This document shows, in pieces, positions 21,429 through 36,780 of a stretch of DNA of 64,000 bases (within the stretch, counting starts at the first letter, position 1; every line of letters starts with the position of its first letter). The position numbers were made by a program, and so were the translations under genes. Under the pieces are notes generated by a model. That model ran no database searches, was not told the DNA's origin, and worked only from the letters and a program-made list of their open reading frames with translations. This stretch comes from Marsupella aquatica (lineage: Eukaryota; Plantae; Marchantiophyta). The stretch spans positions 2,049,223 to 2,113,222 of the forward strand of contig OZ316892.1 of assembly GCA_973895155.1 (NCBI GenBank), read 5' to 3'.

Positions 21429-24400
21429 ATGGTAGACATCATGGACCGGCGAGTGACTCGTAGCCTCTCGAACGAGCTGGCGGCTCGGCAAGCCGCAGCA
21501 GCTCAGCAGGCAGCCTCCCAGTCGTCTGTAGTTCAGAGCAGCTATCACGCACAGAATTATCAACAGCAACAGCACAACAACTTCGTAGGGCAGGGCTACC
21601 AGCCACATCCCCAGCAGCAGCTGCAACATCACGAACCCAGCAGGAGCGGCATAAATCATCATCACCACCATCAGCAGCAGCAGCAGTCGCCTGTGGGCAT
21701 GAATGGGGGAGGTTTGGGAATCAGCATGGGTGGGGGTCCACCTTATCCTCGCACCACGAGTGATGAGATGTTTCTAAACACGCTGATGAACACACAATTG
21801 TCGCCAGGGACACCCACCATGGAGGCTGCATCGCTAGGATTCTTGGAAACTTTACAACCCCAGCCGGCCATCCCACATACGATGAGAGGAAATAGCGAGG
21901 AGCTCTTCACCAGCTGGCTGAGTACGACTACCCCCGAGGTAGGGTATATATTTCCGTTGAAGTCCTTGAGGTTCGCCAACTCAATTAAGTCGAGCTAGAA
22001 ATGTTCACACTATCCTGGACGTTTATGCACATTCTTCCATGTTGCAGAATTCAAACCAATTCCAAAACAGTGTGTATTCTGGCCCACCGTCAAATGGAAA
22101 TCGTCCTCGGCACTCGCCTCGGCAAAACTCTCGAAGGTATCGTGTTATCTCAACTTATATTATGCAAACGTAACTTCCCCCCTGAGCGAACGGGAGGACG
22201 CTCAATCCGCGCGACTTTTAGATAAGCGGCATGATTACTTTGGCTCTATCACTTTAAAACAGCCTGCATCTATATGCCAAGAGCATGACCATACCACAAG
22301 TGCGCCAGTACTTTAGCGGAAGTTATTTAGGGGTTATGAATGGCTCTCTTAAGTAATATAACAAGAGATAGCATCACTAGTTTGAAATCTTCCATTTCAG
22401 TTACGGTTGATGCGCAGATAGGCAGTAGTGCATTCTATTGACAGGGATTTGTGGGTCATCTGCCTTATATTGAAGACAACCAGTAGGAAGTCGGACATTC
22501 TTCGCACAAAGATTAGTTGAATCATAATTACATGAGTGTAGTTTAATGGTTTGACTTTCTTTGGCTCACATCGGTCGTAATCTGAGAGAATGCAAAATTC
22601 GCCACATCAATTTGCAATGGGAATTTAGATACGGAGTATTTTCGGAGCGGTTCACATGTTGTGCTTAAGTGTAACTTGCAATTGTTGTATGATAAACCAG
22701 GGTGGCCAGCGAGCTGCAAGCCATTATTGCCCAGCAGAATGGAACAACGTGGGCTCCACGAGCTGACAATGTCGAGCAGGCCTACATGCAAACAAACTCC
22801 TATCTCTCTGATGATATCATACAGTCCAATGAGAATAGCGATCAGAAGGCATACAGGTTGATAACTCTCCCAATTCAACTGAATTAGTTGCCATGTGGAG
22901 GAAAAGGAATGAGAATGCTTGACAAATTCCCCGATGAAAGACCAATATAATTTCTTAATATTAACGGTCTGCCAACTATGTACAATATTTGATCTAACCA
23001 TGCTCCCATTTTGATATTTTCCATTCTTACTACAAGCTTTCACTCTTGCTAGGCTGATGGACCACCCACTTCACCCCCCTTCTTTCATTCCAACTTCCAC
23101 TTTTTGTGTGTTGGTTTCTGTCCCATTGTTTCGTAAGAAGCTGTTGGATACATCAGCCTTATCTCACACTTCGCTCGACTTAGGCCAGGGTGCCTTTTCC
23201 CCGACTTTCTATGGCCTGCTTCATCTGAACATTGTTATGGCCTTCTGTTCAGATCCAATCCTCCCGAAGACAAGTCTGGGCCGGCTAATCACAGCAATGC
23301 AGGTTCATTGAAAGTGAGTATCTCAAATGAGACTTGCAGTTTGTTGACATTTCGTTCTGCCTTACGTACTTCCACTCAAATCATGACAGTTCAAATACAG
23401 AGTCTGATTTGGTACTGTTGATTTCTTGCGTTTGTGCAGAACATGTTTTTCAATTCCACCTCTCCCATGACCAGAAGTCGGTCTTCTGAACTTTGGTAAG
23501 TGATGGACTTGTTTTCCCTCAATCGCAGTATGTTTGTGTGCCATTGTGGGTTCAAAGCGAGAGATTGCTCCTACCAAGAATAACGTAGTTCCTAAGAATC
23601 GTTTTGCATCCTGATACTGTGGTGTCAGTCGGAGATACGCACAAATGGAAGGATTAGCTGTTCCGCCACCTGCAGACGTATTCCAGAAACCGGCCACACA
23701 GGGAACCCTGGAGGGTTTAGTGAACCCAGCCATGGCATCAGTGGGAACTTTTACACGAGGAGTTGGTCCAATTGGAAACAACGGGAGACACCAGAACAAC
23801 CCAGACTCAAGAGAAACGGGCATGCATGGTCGTCTAGTGCCCACTTTGTCTACTCCTGCCCCTGTGAACCGCAAGCAACAAATGCAACAACAACAAAGTC
23901 AGCAGCAACAAGTCCAGCAGCAGCTACCAGCAGCAACCAATGCATTAACAGATGTAGTTGGCTTGCTGAAAGGCAGCTTGGAACGCAAAAAGCTCCAGAC
24001 AAAGCAGCAGCAGATGCCTCCCCAGCAGCAGCAGATGCCTCAGCAAAGGCAGATGCTTCCGCAGCAGCAGGAGCCACAGCAAGGCGTGAGGAACAGGCCA
24101 CCATCCATGTCCTCTCCTCAGGTTAGTGCTGGGGTAAGGGCTCGCCAGGATGAATCGCTTGACAACCCTCAAGACCATAGACAACATCTTCATGGAGATA
24201 GCGGGATGGCACAGTCAGGACAAGTGCAGCAAAATAGTGGTATGGTACGTGTTCGGTCTCCAGACGAGTCTTCCTGTGGAGCTCCTGCTCCTTCTCATTC
24301 TGCTGGCATAGCTACCAGCGATGGGCCCTCGACTTCAGCCATGTCGGTACACAGACAAGCACTCAAGCGTGGTAGTGGTAGTGGAGCCGTGGATCAGCCT

Positions 24401-26288
24401 TTGCCCAAGCGCCAGCAGGCCTTCACTGACAGCGGTCCCTGTGAGCTCTCAATTTTCCTAAAAATCTGCTTTCTTAATGGCTGACTTGAATAAAATCATT
24501 TCCATACGTATTCTGTTATCCAAGAATTTGAAGCTGGAATGAACAATTACATGTCATCATGATGAACCATTAAGGCAGTGGCAGTTTCATGTATTTTCAA
24601 ATGGCTCTCGTTCATTGGAAATGTTTGAGTCCACTGGCAGGTAGAGCCCGAAAGGTTATCTAACATTAGTATCTGTGCGCACAGGTATTGGGGAAAATGG
24701 TGTTACAAAATCAGACTTGCAGAAGGTATATGACTTACTAATCTTGGTACTATTATTACATAGTTCCGATACCTTTCAGTAATCCACGTGCATGAGAGGA
24801 ACAGTATTCTTAGGAGATTCTTGAGGCTTACAGTAGTGAGTTTCCTGCTTGCAGAAGCCAGACCAGCTTACCCGCGCAGGCTCCATCACTTCGTCTCTTC
24901 GAAACGGTAGGATGTGGCCTTTTCTCGTCCCAGCTATTTTTCGCAACTTGCCAACTTCGGGTCAAGGATGAAGGGTTACTGAACCTCTGCTGTTGAAAAA
25001 TGAAAGTTTCTGATGTAGCTGGTGGTGAATAAGACCTTCAGATTCATGCTAGTAAAGTGGCCAAGCCGCACTTTGCACATATGCTTCTTCTGTATGGCCA
25101 ATCATTTCATGGGGACCTTGAACTGCTTCAATGCCAGAATTAGTTTGGCGGCACAGACGATCAGTTGTCTTTGAGCCTCATTCTTTGATGGGCGCTCTGC
25201 AGGGTTTCAATTGAATGAACTCGATGGGGATACCAGAAAGCGCAGAGTGGAAAGGCAGAGGAAGTAAGGCTGTTTTTCATCATAAACTCGTGCTTGTTGG
25301 CATAATCATAGATTTGTGGAACGGCATGTGACATTCAGCTTTGCGCTTAAACCACAGATAAAGCAATGGAAACTGAATGTCTCGATCGCTTTCATCAGCC
25401 GTGCTTGAATTCGTAATTGTGGGATAGTGATTTCAACCCTCGAATGATCCCGTTGTTTTCCTCTGAGCTGGGTGGAGCAAAAAGATGGAGGCTTTGTCTA
25501 ACCTTGGTCTAAATGCCGAGTGGCAGGATGGCAGAAGCGAAGGGTAGGGGTAATGCACCACCAATGCCAGCAGATATGCAGGTAGCTGTCAAGCGCTGTG
25601 AGGCTTTGGAGAAGGAGGTTAGGTCGTTGAAGCTCAACCTCTCGTTTATGAACAGGTATCGATCTGAATTGATGGGGTAGGCTGTTGATAATCTCCAGCA
25701 TTTTTTGTCTACCACCTGTCCTTCTCTAGAACTATGTTGCAAAAATTTGATGTTTAAGCACTGCAACGCTCTTTTGGTAAAGTCCGTGATTTGATCCTGA
25801 GCAAGAAGCACTAACTTAATTGAAGGTGTAATATATATTCATTAACAGTTACATGGTCTAATATATGATTTATAAGACATTTACATAAGTTGAAATTTAC
25901 TTGAAATCTACATATATGATTATGTCGACACAAGATTCGATCGGTTATATGGAGCGTATAATATACTTAATCATGATGTATTAAGTTTGAGGTGCTGACT
26001 TTCACTCTGGCAAAGCAAAATGAGTGCCGACTTGAAGCGATGAACGACTCTAGTCTGCTAATTCTTGTTCATCCTAAAGCCTGTCTGACAAGCGAGCGAA
26101 ACTATGGATAAAGCTCGCTTCGAGCATGCATCGGCCTGGCAAATTGACATTGCATATTGGTGGCCAACAGGAAGGATTCAGAGCAAACGAAAAAAATCGA
26201 GGAGCTGGAGCTGCAAAACGACGAGTTGAAGGAAGAAAGAGACAGATTACTAGACGAGCTAGACCGGGTGTCTACCATTCATGACTAG
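21429..26288 (+). CDS. CYCLOPS: CYCLOPS/IPD3 common-symbiosis-pathway transcription factor (about 11 coding exons)
   Basis: Spliced translation gives YPRTTSDEMFLNTLM, MRGNSEELFTSWL, PMTRSRSSEL, VVGLLKGSLERKKL, LTRAGSITS, RKRRVERQRKMAEAKGR, KRCEALEKEVRSLKLNLSFMNRKDSEQTKKIEELELQNDELKEERDRLLDEL. GT-AG introns are in phase (e.g. 21938/22048, 22136/22701, 25655/26171); TAG at 26286-26288. Confidence 0.96.
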
Positions 26289-26514
26289 GTGGAACATAGC
26301 AGTAGGATCAGCAGCAAAACGATGAGTCGAAGGAAGAAAGAGACAGATTACTAGACGAGCTAGATAGGGTGTCTGCCATTCATGACTAGGTAGAAACATA
26401 GCAGTAGAATCAGCTGCAAAACGATGAGTTGAAGGAAAGAAGGAGACAGATTTCTGGACGAGCTAGACGGGGTGCCTGCCATTCATGACTAGGTGGAACA
26501 TAGCAGTAGGATCA
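26209..26514 (+). repeat. tandem triplication (~101-102 bp) of the CYCLOPS coding 3' end plus stop
   Basis: c[ta]gcaaaacga..gag...gacgagctaga...ccattcatgactaggt..aacatagcagtag.atca begins at 26211, 26312 and 26414. Confidence 0.93.
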
Positions 26515-27776
26515 TTCTTGAGACTTAGCGACATTCCCTGTAGGGTAGAAGAAATGGTCTAACAGGGGACAAGCGCTTCTGTTTTAGCTTTCAGTTTTGC
26601 AGCATACCCTTTGTTGGGGTGGCTCACACTTGACCGAGGATCAAACGTGTTTAGGCAGGCCACGGTGCACATGATTACGCTCCCAAGTGGAACAGTGTCT
26701 TATCTTTCATGCAAAAGCTCTGTCAACAAGGGAACTTGTGAGAAAAATTTTACTCCTTCCCAACCGAGACGAGGAATTGAAGACTCTTGAGGAAACTCAT
26801 ACCCTAGTAGCGAGGTAGAAAGCAGAGACTAGCACGGCTATCGTAAAGGAGTCGCCGTTGTCTAATATGTGTAAGATATATCTCGGTAGGTCCCTGTAAT
26901 TATCAGCAAATTTACTCTATAATTAGCCACAACTTTGTCTTGTGAACCGTGACATGAAAGATATGTTGTAGTTTCTAAAGTTTAAAAAGATTGAGTTTTT
27001 AGTTTTTGGAGTTTTTTATTCCAGCACTCTTGGAACACTTTAGTCATGTATTACAGGAGCTTGGTCATAGCTTAAATTCGGCGTTTGCAAATGCGTATGA
27101 GCCCCTGGAAGCGTTGTCCTTGAAGGTTGTAGCTGGAATGGATCACAGAAACTTAGCGTTCAGGAACCATTTGCACGCATTTACGTTAAGTCTCTTCTCG
27201 CTGACCAGTAGGAGCATTGGAAACGAGAATGTTCCCGGAATTGTAGGCGCAACTACCCCATGATGATGGCACCAGTTGCATTCCTAGAGTTGACTACGCG
27301 GTAACCTCGGTCGAGGAGTCAAATTCCATTTGAAGTTCGACACATCGTTCAAATTATCGAAAGGCCCTTGCATTAGTTGTGCTCCTGTTTTATGGGAGTC
27401 TCTCGCTCAAAGAGACCCCAATGCAGAAATCGGCCATCTGCAATGACCAATATGGTGTTCTCTCTCTTTTGTTTTACAAATGGCTTTCCAGCTTGTTACC
27501 ACGTGCGTTAACAGTCGCCCTTATGCCTACGGTGCACGAGCAGGGATGAAAACCAGGGGATGTACAATTTTTATCAAACCGCTCTGCGAATTTTGAATCT
27601 GTGCGTCTAATAAGAGAGCAAACTAAAAAGCGCTTGAGCTCAAACTGTCAATTTCCAGTGTTAACCGGGAGTAAACACCGCGTGCCAAAAGGTAAGGAGA
27701 TATAATCAGAGCATCAAACAGGTCATAATTATATACGATAGGAACATAAGCAAAGGGACATGGTTCCTCATCGGTG

Positions 27777-30263
27777 TTATCTGCATGACACGCCCTGTTG
27801 GCTTATCACAGACTCCTCAGCGACAGCAAAAGTAAAACCACTTCCACAAAAAGTTCTCCACCTCACCTGCCCTTCCAATGGAATTGATACCACCTCTGGA
27901 TACAGCTGATCGTCAACAATGCCCAGTCCAAGCTGACCATGTTCTCCCCAACCCCAGACCATGATCCTTCCATCATCTGCACCATTGGAAACGTCATGCA
28001 AACGAAGAAACAGTTGTCCTCAGTATGTTTGAGTGAGGATTAAGTTGGTTGAGCGCTCAGTTTACTTACTGTACTTAATTATACAGATGTGCATGTCTAC
28101 CCAAATCACTCCCCGGAATGAAACTAAACTTTGGTGATTCACTGATGGTCAGAAGTCTTACCAAGGACAACTGCAGAGTGCTCTGCTCCTGCAGATAGCC
28201 ATCTCACGAGATTCCCTTCAAATCCATCAACCCTTCTCAACTCAGGCCGGTCATTCCCTAATGTACTACTGTCCACATCAGCTTGATCTTCGGATACAAC
28301 CGCCGATGAAGACTGCAGATCCACTGACGTCGATTCTGACGAAGAGCCCTTCAGAATCCCAAGCTGCCCACGGTCATTGCTGCCCCAGGCCCAGAGTTCT
28401 CCATCTGGAAAACCATCAAATTAGCTCGAAACCCGAAAGAGAAGTTTCTGAACAAATTACATGCTCACGTGAAAAAAACGGTGGATCTGCTTGACGTGTA
28501 AGAATGACTGACGCATTGAATATCGAAACTGGACATTAAAGTATGTTCTCAGAATAATCAGAATAATACCTGCAAGGGCAATACCATGGTTCCAACCAAG
28601 AGCCAACTCGGAAAATCGTAATTGATTTCCTATTCGCAAGGGAACAAAATCATCTGGACTAGAATTGAATCCTCGTCCCCAGATATGTAGGGTTCCGTCC
28701 TCTGCAGAACCATCAACAAATTTCCCCTAATCATATTTCTAGGTGTCCTTAGGCTACAAGTTGTGTGTTGGGTCAGGGGGACCCCGAGGGTAAGGGGGAT
28801 AAGGGGTAGGTATTGAGATACATTATAAAATATAGCTAAAAAAATCCTGAAAGCATGGCAAGCTTACCACTAAGGGCTGCGCTGTGGTCTCCATTGGCAG
28901 CAAGGAGCACAACCTGGTTTTCCTCTAGTCCACTGATCCTCTGAGGTACAGAAGCTTTCCCTGTGCTCTTGAAATTCACCTGACTGGTATTAAGGTTGTC
29001 CAAAGGCCCGATGCCCAGCTGCCCACGCTTACACGATCCAAATGCATAAACTTCCCGTTCTCCTCTTTGCCCTGACCCAGAAGCAGTCATCTTTCAACAC
29101 ATATTGAGAGGTCAGAGACATCCAACCAACTCCAAAGGACTATCGGACCTGTCGGGAACCTTGGGCAAGAGTAATATGGACTTAAAAGCACTATGTTTCT
29201 CGCACGCCAACAACAAAACTTCAACATCAATTTGTTCTTGGCATATGCTCATAACTTCATTGGAAAACATGTTATATTTGAGGGATTTACTCACCGTATG
29301 CGAGAACAAGGGTATGACGCATACCACAAGCTACCATAGAAACTGATTTACATGGTAAAGCTTTGACTTTGGAGGGAACCAAGCGAGCATTAAAGTCTCC
29401 ATGTCCAAGCTGTCCAAATGACCCATTCCCACTAGTGTAAAGCTCTCCAGAATCTACAGAAGCAATTCAAACTTTACGTCATCTACAAACCATAAAGTTG
29501 AGAATACGAGGCTCTGAATCAGCAATCCTGGGTAGTATTTTTGTTATCCATAAACTAATTTCGATGCTGATCCTAAGAAGAGCGTAGAGAGCAAAAAATG
29601 TTACATGAAACAAATGCGGTGTGACTCCATCCAGCAGCAACAGATCCGATTGCGATGCCCTGAAAGTATTTCACGAGCTTTGGAATACTGAGATCCGACT
29701 CATCTCCATGCCCAAGGGCACCTGAGTGTCCATTCCCCCAAGTCACAACTTGCCCATGCCCTACAATTCGCCAAATTCGCCATGCAGGGGGTCAATTTTC
29801 ATGAATTGCATTAGATCAAAGACAGAAAGCTAACATTCTGAGGAATCTTCTATTTCATTTTATACATGATCCATACATTTTCACGGTCAATGTTCCACCG
29901 AGGATCTTCAGGAGTGGACAGAATCTGGTGACAGCGACAGCTAAATCTTTTGAGAGTTCGTCAAGCCACAACCCGACCTCTCTTGACAGCATATCACGAG
30001 CAAACAAGGCTGGGGCCCAGCAATGAAAAGGATGAGAGTGAAGGACCTTTCGGGCCCAAAATAGCCACAGCATGTGCACCGCCACCGGCCATATCAAGAA
30101 CCTTACGGCTGCTGAAAGCATTGCTAAAATCGCCACTGTCCACAGCAAACGAAGTCAATGGCAGAGGCTGCAAGTGGTCATTGAAATCCCCAGATGCTAG
30201 TTGGCCATGAGTTCCCGCGCCCCAACTCCAAATCCGTGTGCGGGGCAATCCCTGGTGGGTCAT
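27777..30263 (-). CDS. RCC1-repeat (regulator of chromosome condensation / UVR8-like fold) protein, multi-exon
   Basis: Repeats across exons: WSWGAGTHGQL, AGGGAHAV, TWGNGHSGALGHG, AAGWSHT, YAFGSCKRGQLG, AANGDHSA, ALGWNHG, SAGAEHSA, VWGWGEHGQLG, FCGSGFT. Confidence 0.92.
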
Positions 30264-30965
30264 TGTGCTTCCAGCCTACAGAAATCCCTTCCTTTGACAA
30301 TTGATCACTTCCAAACACCGGATCCCTTCTACCAGCCAGGAAATCTCATGCTTTCGTAACCTGATCCTCAAACACTCGCGCGAGAAATGGTGGAGGCATT
30401 CAAATTTTGTTGCACATTGGACGAATTGTAGAGAGAAGGGTGGGACTCACTCAAAATCCCATAATGCCAATTTCCCAGAGGCAGCCACTCTGAATTAAAT
30501 ATAACCGATTTGTTCAATGCCTTCTGTGCCTTATTAAAGACCTGTTTCGATTTCTAGCTTTCCACACAAAATAAACCCACCTTCCAGAAAAATAGGTTTG
30601 CTCCCAGTTTCCTCTCTGTCCCCCTTAACCCTACATCTCACAGTGTCCCTGAACTTGGACATTCCCTTCCACAGTTCATCGAATTCTTGAATTTTATTGT
30701 AGCAGTCAGATGATGGCACAACCCAGCGACGACCAGGCCCAGGCAGAATCGAGCCCAACGGCACCAAACTGAGGCCACGAAGACGATCCAAGTACTAATC
30801 AGCAGCGCCTCAGTAGCGCAGACATGATTCGATCCGTTGCTTACTTGTTTGCAGGAAGGAAGAAGACTGTGCTGGAGCTCGGCTTCGCCTTCGGTGGTGA
30901 GCCTTCACCGCTAATACCCGGCGGACCTATCATGGCACCGGCTATCACCAGTCACTTTATGGTCT

Positions 30966-30986
30966 GGGTTTGGGTTTGGGTTTGGG
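30966..30986 (+). other. (GGGTTT)n G-quadruplex-capable motif followed by an A-run, in a divergent intergenic region
   Basis: GGGTTTGGGTTTGGGTTTGGG between the divergent RCC1 and METTL4-like start codons. Confidence 0.55.
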
Positions 30987-31665
30987 TTTAAAAAAAAAAA
31001 AATTTAACAAATTATCAAGTCCAGGGCATACAAGATTTCCCGGTTTCCTTATTGCACTTAAGTCACTGACTGCTGACTATTCCTCTGTGCATGTAATGTG
31101 CTTTTACCTTCCTTTGCACATTCTTTTGCGCCAAGTTTTTCGTTAAAGGACGAAGCCGCCAGTTTGTCGGTCGAAGGGTACAGATTTTGATTCCCTGGGC
31201 TCTCTCCTGCCATTCTCACCGTTCCTGGGCTTCTCCTAGGTCCCCATTTACAATCCGCTTGCCTAGACTTGGACTTGTTCAAGCCCGTCTCAAACTCTTC
31301 TGTTGAGAACCCTTTCGTATACACATGCGGCTGAAATCCCTTTAAACCCCAAACCCTGAACGAGCGTTTGAAGGAGAGCTTCATGCCCTAGACAGGAAGT
31401 AGATTCTCATTGGGTGGGCGCGTAATTGAGGAAGTGAAAACCCAGCCTCCTGTGTTATGTACCAACCGGTGAATTGTTTTTCAAAAGCGACTTCTGGTTG
31501 AAAACGAGATGGTAGGAGTCTCCCATAATGTACCTTAAACCCTTAACAACAGCGTGAAGAATAGATTGATAACCTGACAACCGAGTCGATTCTTATATGA
31601 TCAGCAGTCCATTGAGGACATAATGATTTAGCGTCTAGGGTGATAACTCTTCAAGCGTTGCAGGA

Positions 31666-34752
<3,087 letters not shown>

Positions 34753-36780
34753 ATTTCATTCAAGAACTTAGACCCTCACGGTCAGTGCTTCTGGACGACA
34801 ACGCAGGCTGGTTTGGCGTTGAAGAGCTGTGATATTCTTTGTAACCACTTCCTGAATGGCCCTTGGAAGAATAGTTTGTACTCCTCGCGCGGAGTGTGCA
34901 TGACAGCTAAAACTTTCCTTACCATCAATGTTTCTATCCTGACCCTCCACATGGTCAGGATGGGCTGGAGACATTGACGCTAAATAATCGAACGAGTTCG
35001 TCAGAGTTTTCAATGTAAACGGTTCCAATTTGAGGACCGAGTGTCAGTGATTATTTTGAAATCCCCACCGTGGGAGTGATTGTGATTGCCTTCGAACAGT
35101 GGGATTCTGAAGAGTTGTACTGGGAGCTTCGTCCTCCCGGTAATGTGCGTGCCCGCCTCCACAGTGCCAGGTCGGTCATTCGTCGAGAGACACAACCTTT
35201 AAAATCTGAATTACCAGTTCTGCCTGATGTAATGCACTCTGTTTTCGAGTCTTATCGTTTCAATCTTTGAGTCTTGTTTAGATCCCGAATTCAGTTCTAT
35301 GTCTATTGAATTTCAGGCTGACTCAGTCAAGGGGATGCTGCAGGCAGGGAAATGAATTTCATGATCATCAGGAGTGAGTGGTAACGTTAACTGCTTAGCC
35401 TAGAGGCGTACCCACTCACTCAATTACCCCGAGTACTTCTGGCATTTAGATCATGATTGATAAGGGGATAGAGCTCATGATTGTAAGCTAGCTAGCTAAA
35501 GTTGGTCGATCAATTCAAGTGAATTTTCTATTAGGGTTTGCCGCTCGGGGTCTTTCGTCTCGAGCAATTTTCAGACTTTTTTGGTACCCTTGTGAAAATC
35601 TTCTTCATAATTTGATAGTGTTTCCAATCTTTCTGGAACTAAATGGTGTGCGTCTACCCTTGCGATTTGGTCTGACAGCACCTTCTGAATGACCATGAAT
35701 TATATATCTAACTGGAGGACGTGAGTACGGCTGGATGCAGGAAGAGCATAGACCGCATCATGGACCCCTTTGGAATTTAATCATCGATTGGACCTATGTG
35801 AAAGTGAAACGCAAGGGTCACCTGTCTTATTCTATTTCTGCTTTTGACGGCAGATCTGGGTCTGATTCTCTGATGCTCAAGAACAGCTCAATCATTGCTG
35901 TTGAGCTCAAATAGCAATTAGACAAGTTTTTACCCATCATGCTTAAACATTCTTGACTCCCTACTTCGAAGAATTGTGCAGTCTGTATGCACGCCTTAGA
36001 AAACATGGAGGAAATCACAAGGGCCGACAACTCTGACCAGGTGAAATCTCTATGAATTAGAAGATTCCTGCCTTTCAAAGCATCGGCATTATGAAATCTG
36101 CAGAAGGTCGAAGATTCCCGACGGCCAAACTATCGAACATTAACATCTCAAGAACGTCTGAAATTTCCACAAATCAAATGATTGGATGGGTCTGAAGTTT
36201 GACCATGGCTCGAATCGATTCCGGAGGAATTGCTCGGACAAACACTAGCCGTGGGTCCCTTGCCGTCAAAGAACATTATACAGCAGATAGCCAGCACTTT
36301 CGGTGGACTCAATGCAGAGCAATTCCAGTCTTGAATTGAACAAATTGGTCTCTGTAGGTAGCCCCCTTCAAAAATGTTCCATAACAAATCACGGTTCTCA
36401 ATTGCTTCACCACCAAGCATGGCAAGGATGATGACGATCAGAGTCCTGTAATGTAGGGTAATGTAGGGTTCAGCCTAAAACCCGTCCTTGGATTTCTCTA
36501 ATGTCTCCCTTACATTCTTCCATGGCATTTCAGTCCTTCTGTGTGACGTGCAATTTCTGTCCTTAACACATCAATTTTCCACCTCCAAGACTACACAGGA
36601 AGACCGAAAGAACATTTGTACTCTTTTTGCCTTGAAAGATCAATTTGAATTCCATCCAAAAATTCAGCATACAATCAACACCTGTACTCTGTACGCAATC
36701 AATTCATCTGCTGGACCATCACTGCTGGTGAAGCTCATCCCATAATTTTGTCTCAGTAATCCTAATTCTCCATCTCCAGA

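Noticed and set aside
30966-30990. Interstitial telomere
   Set aside because: Only four TTTGGG units, not the TTTAGGG plant repeat.
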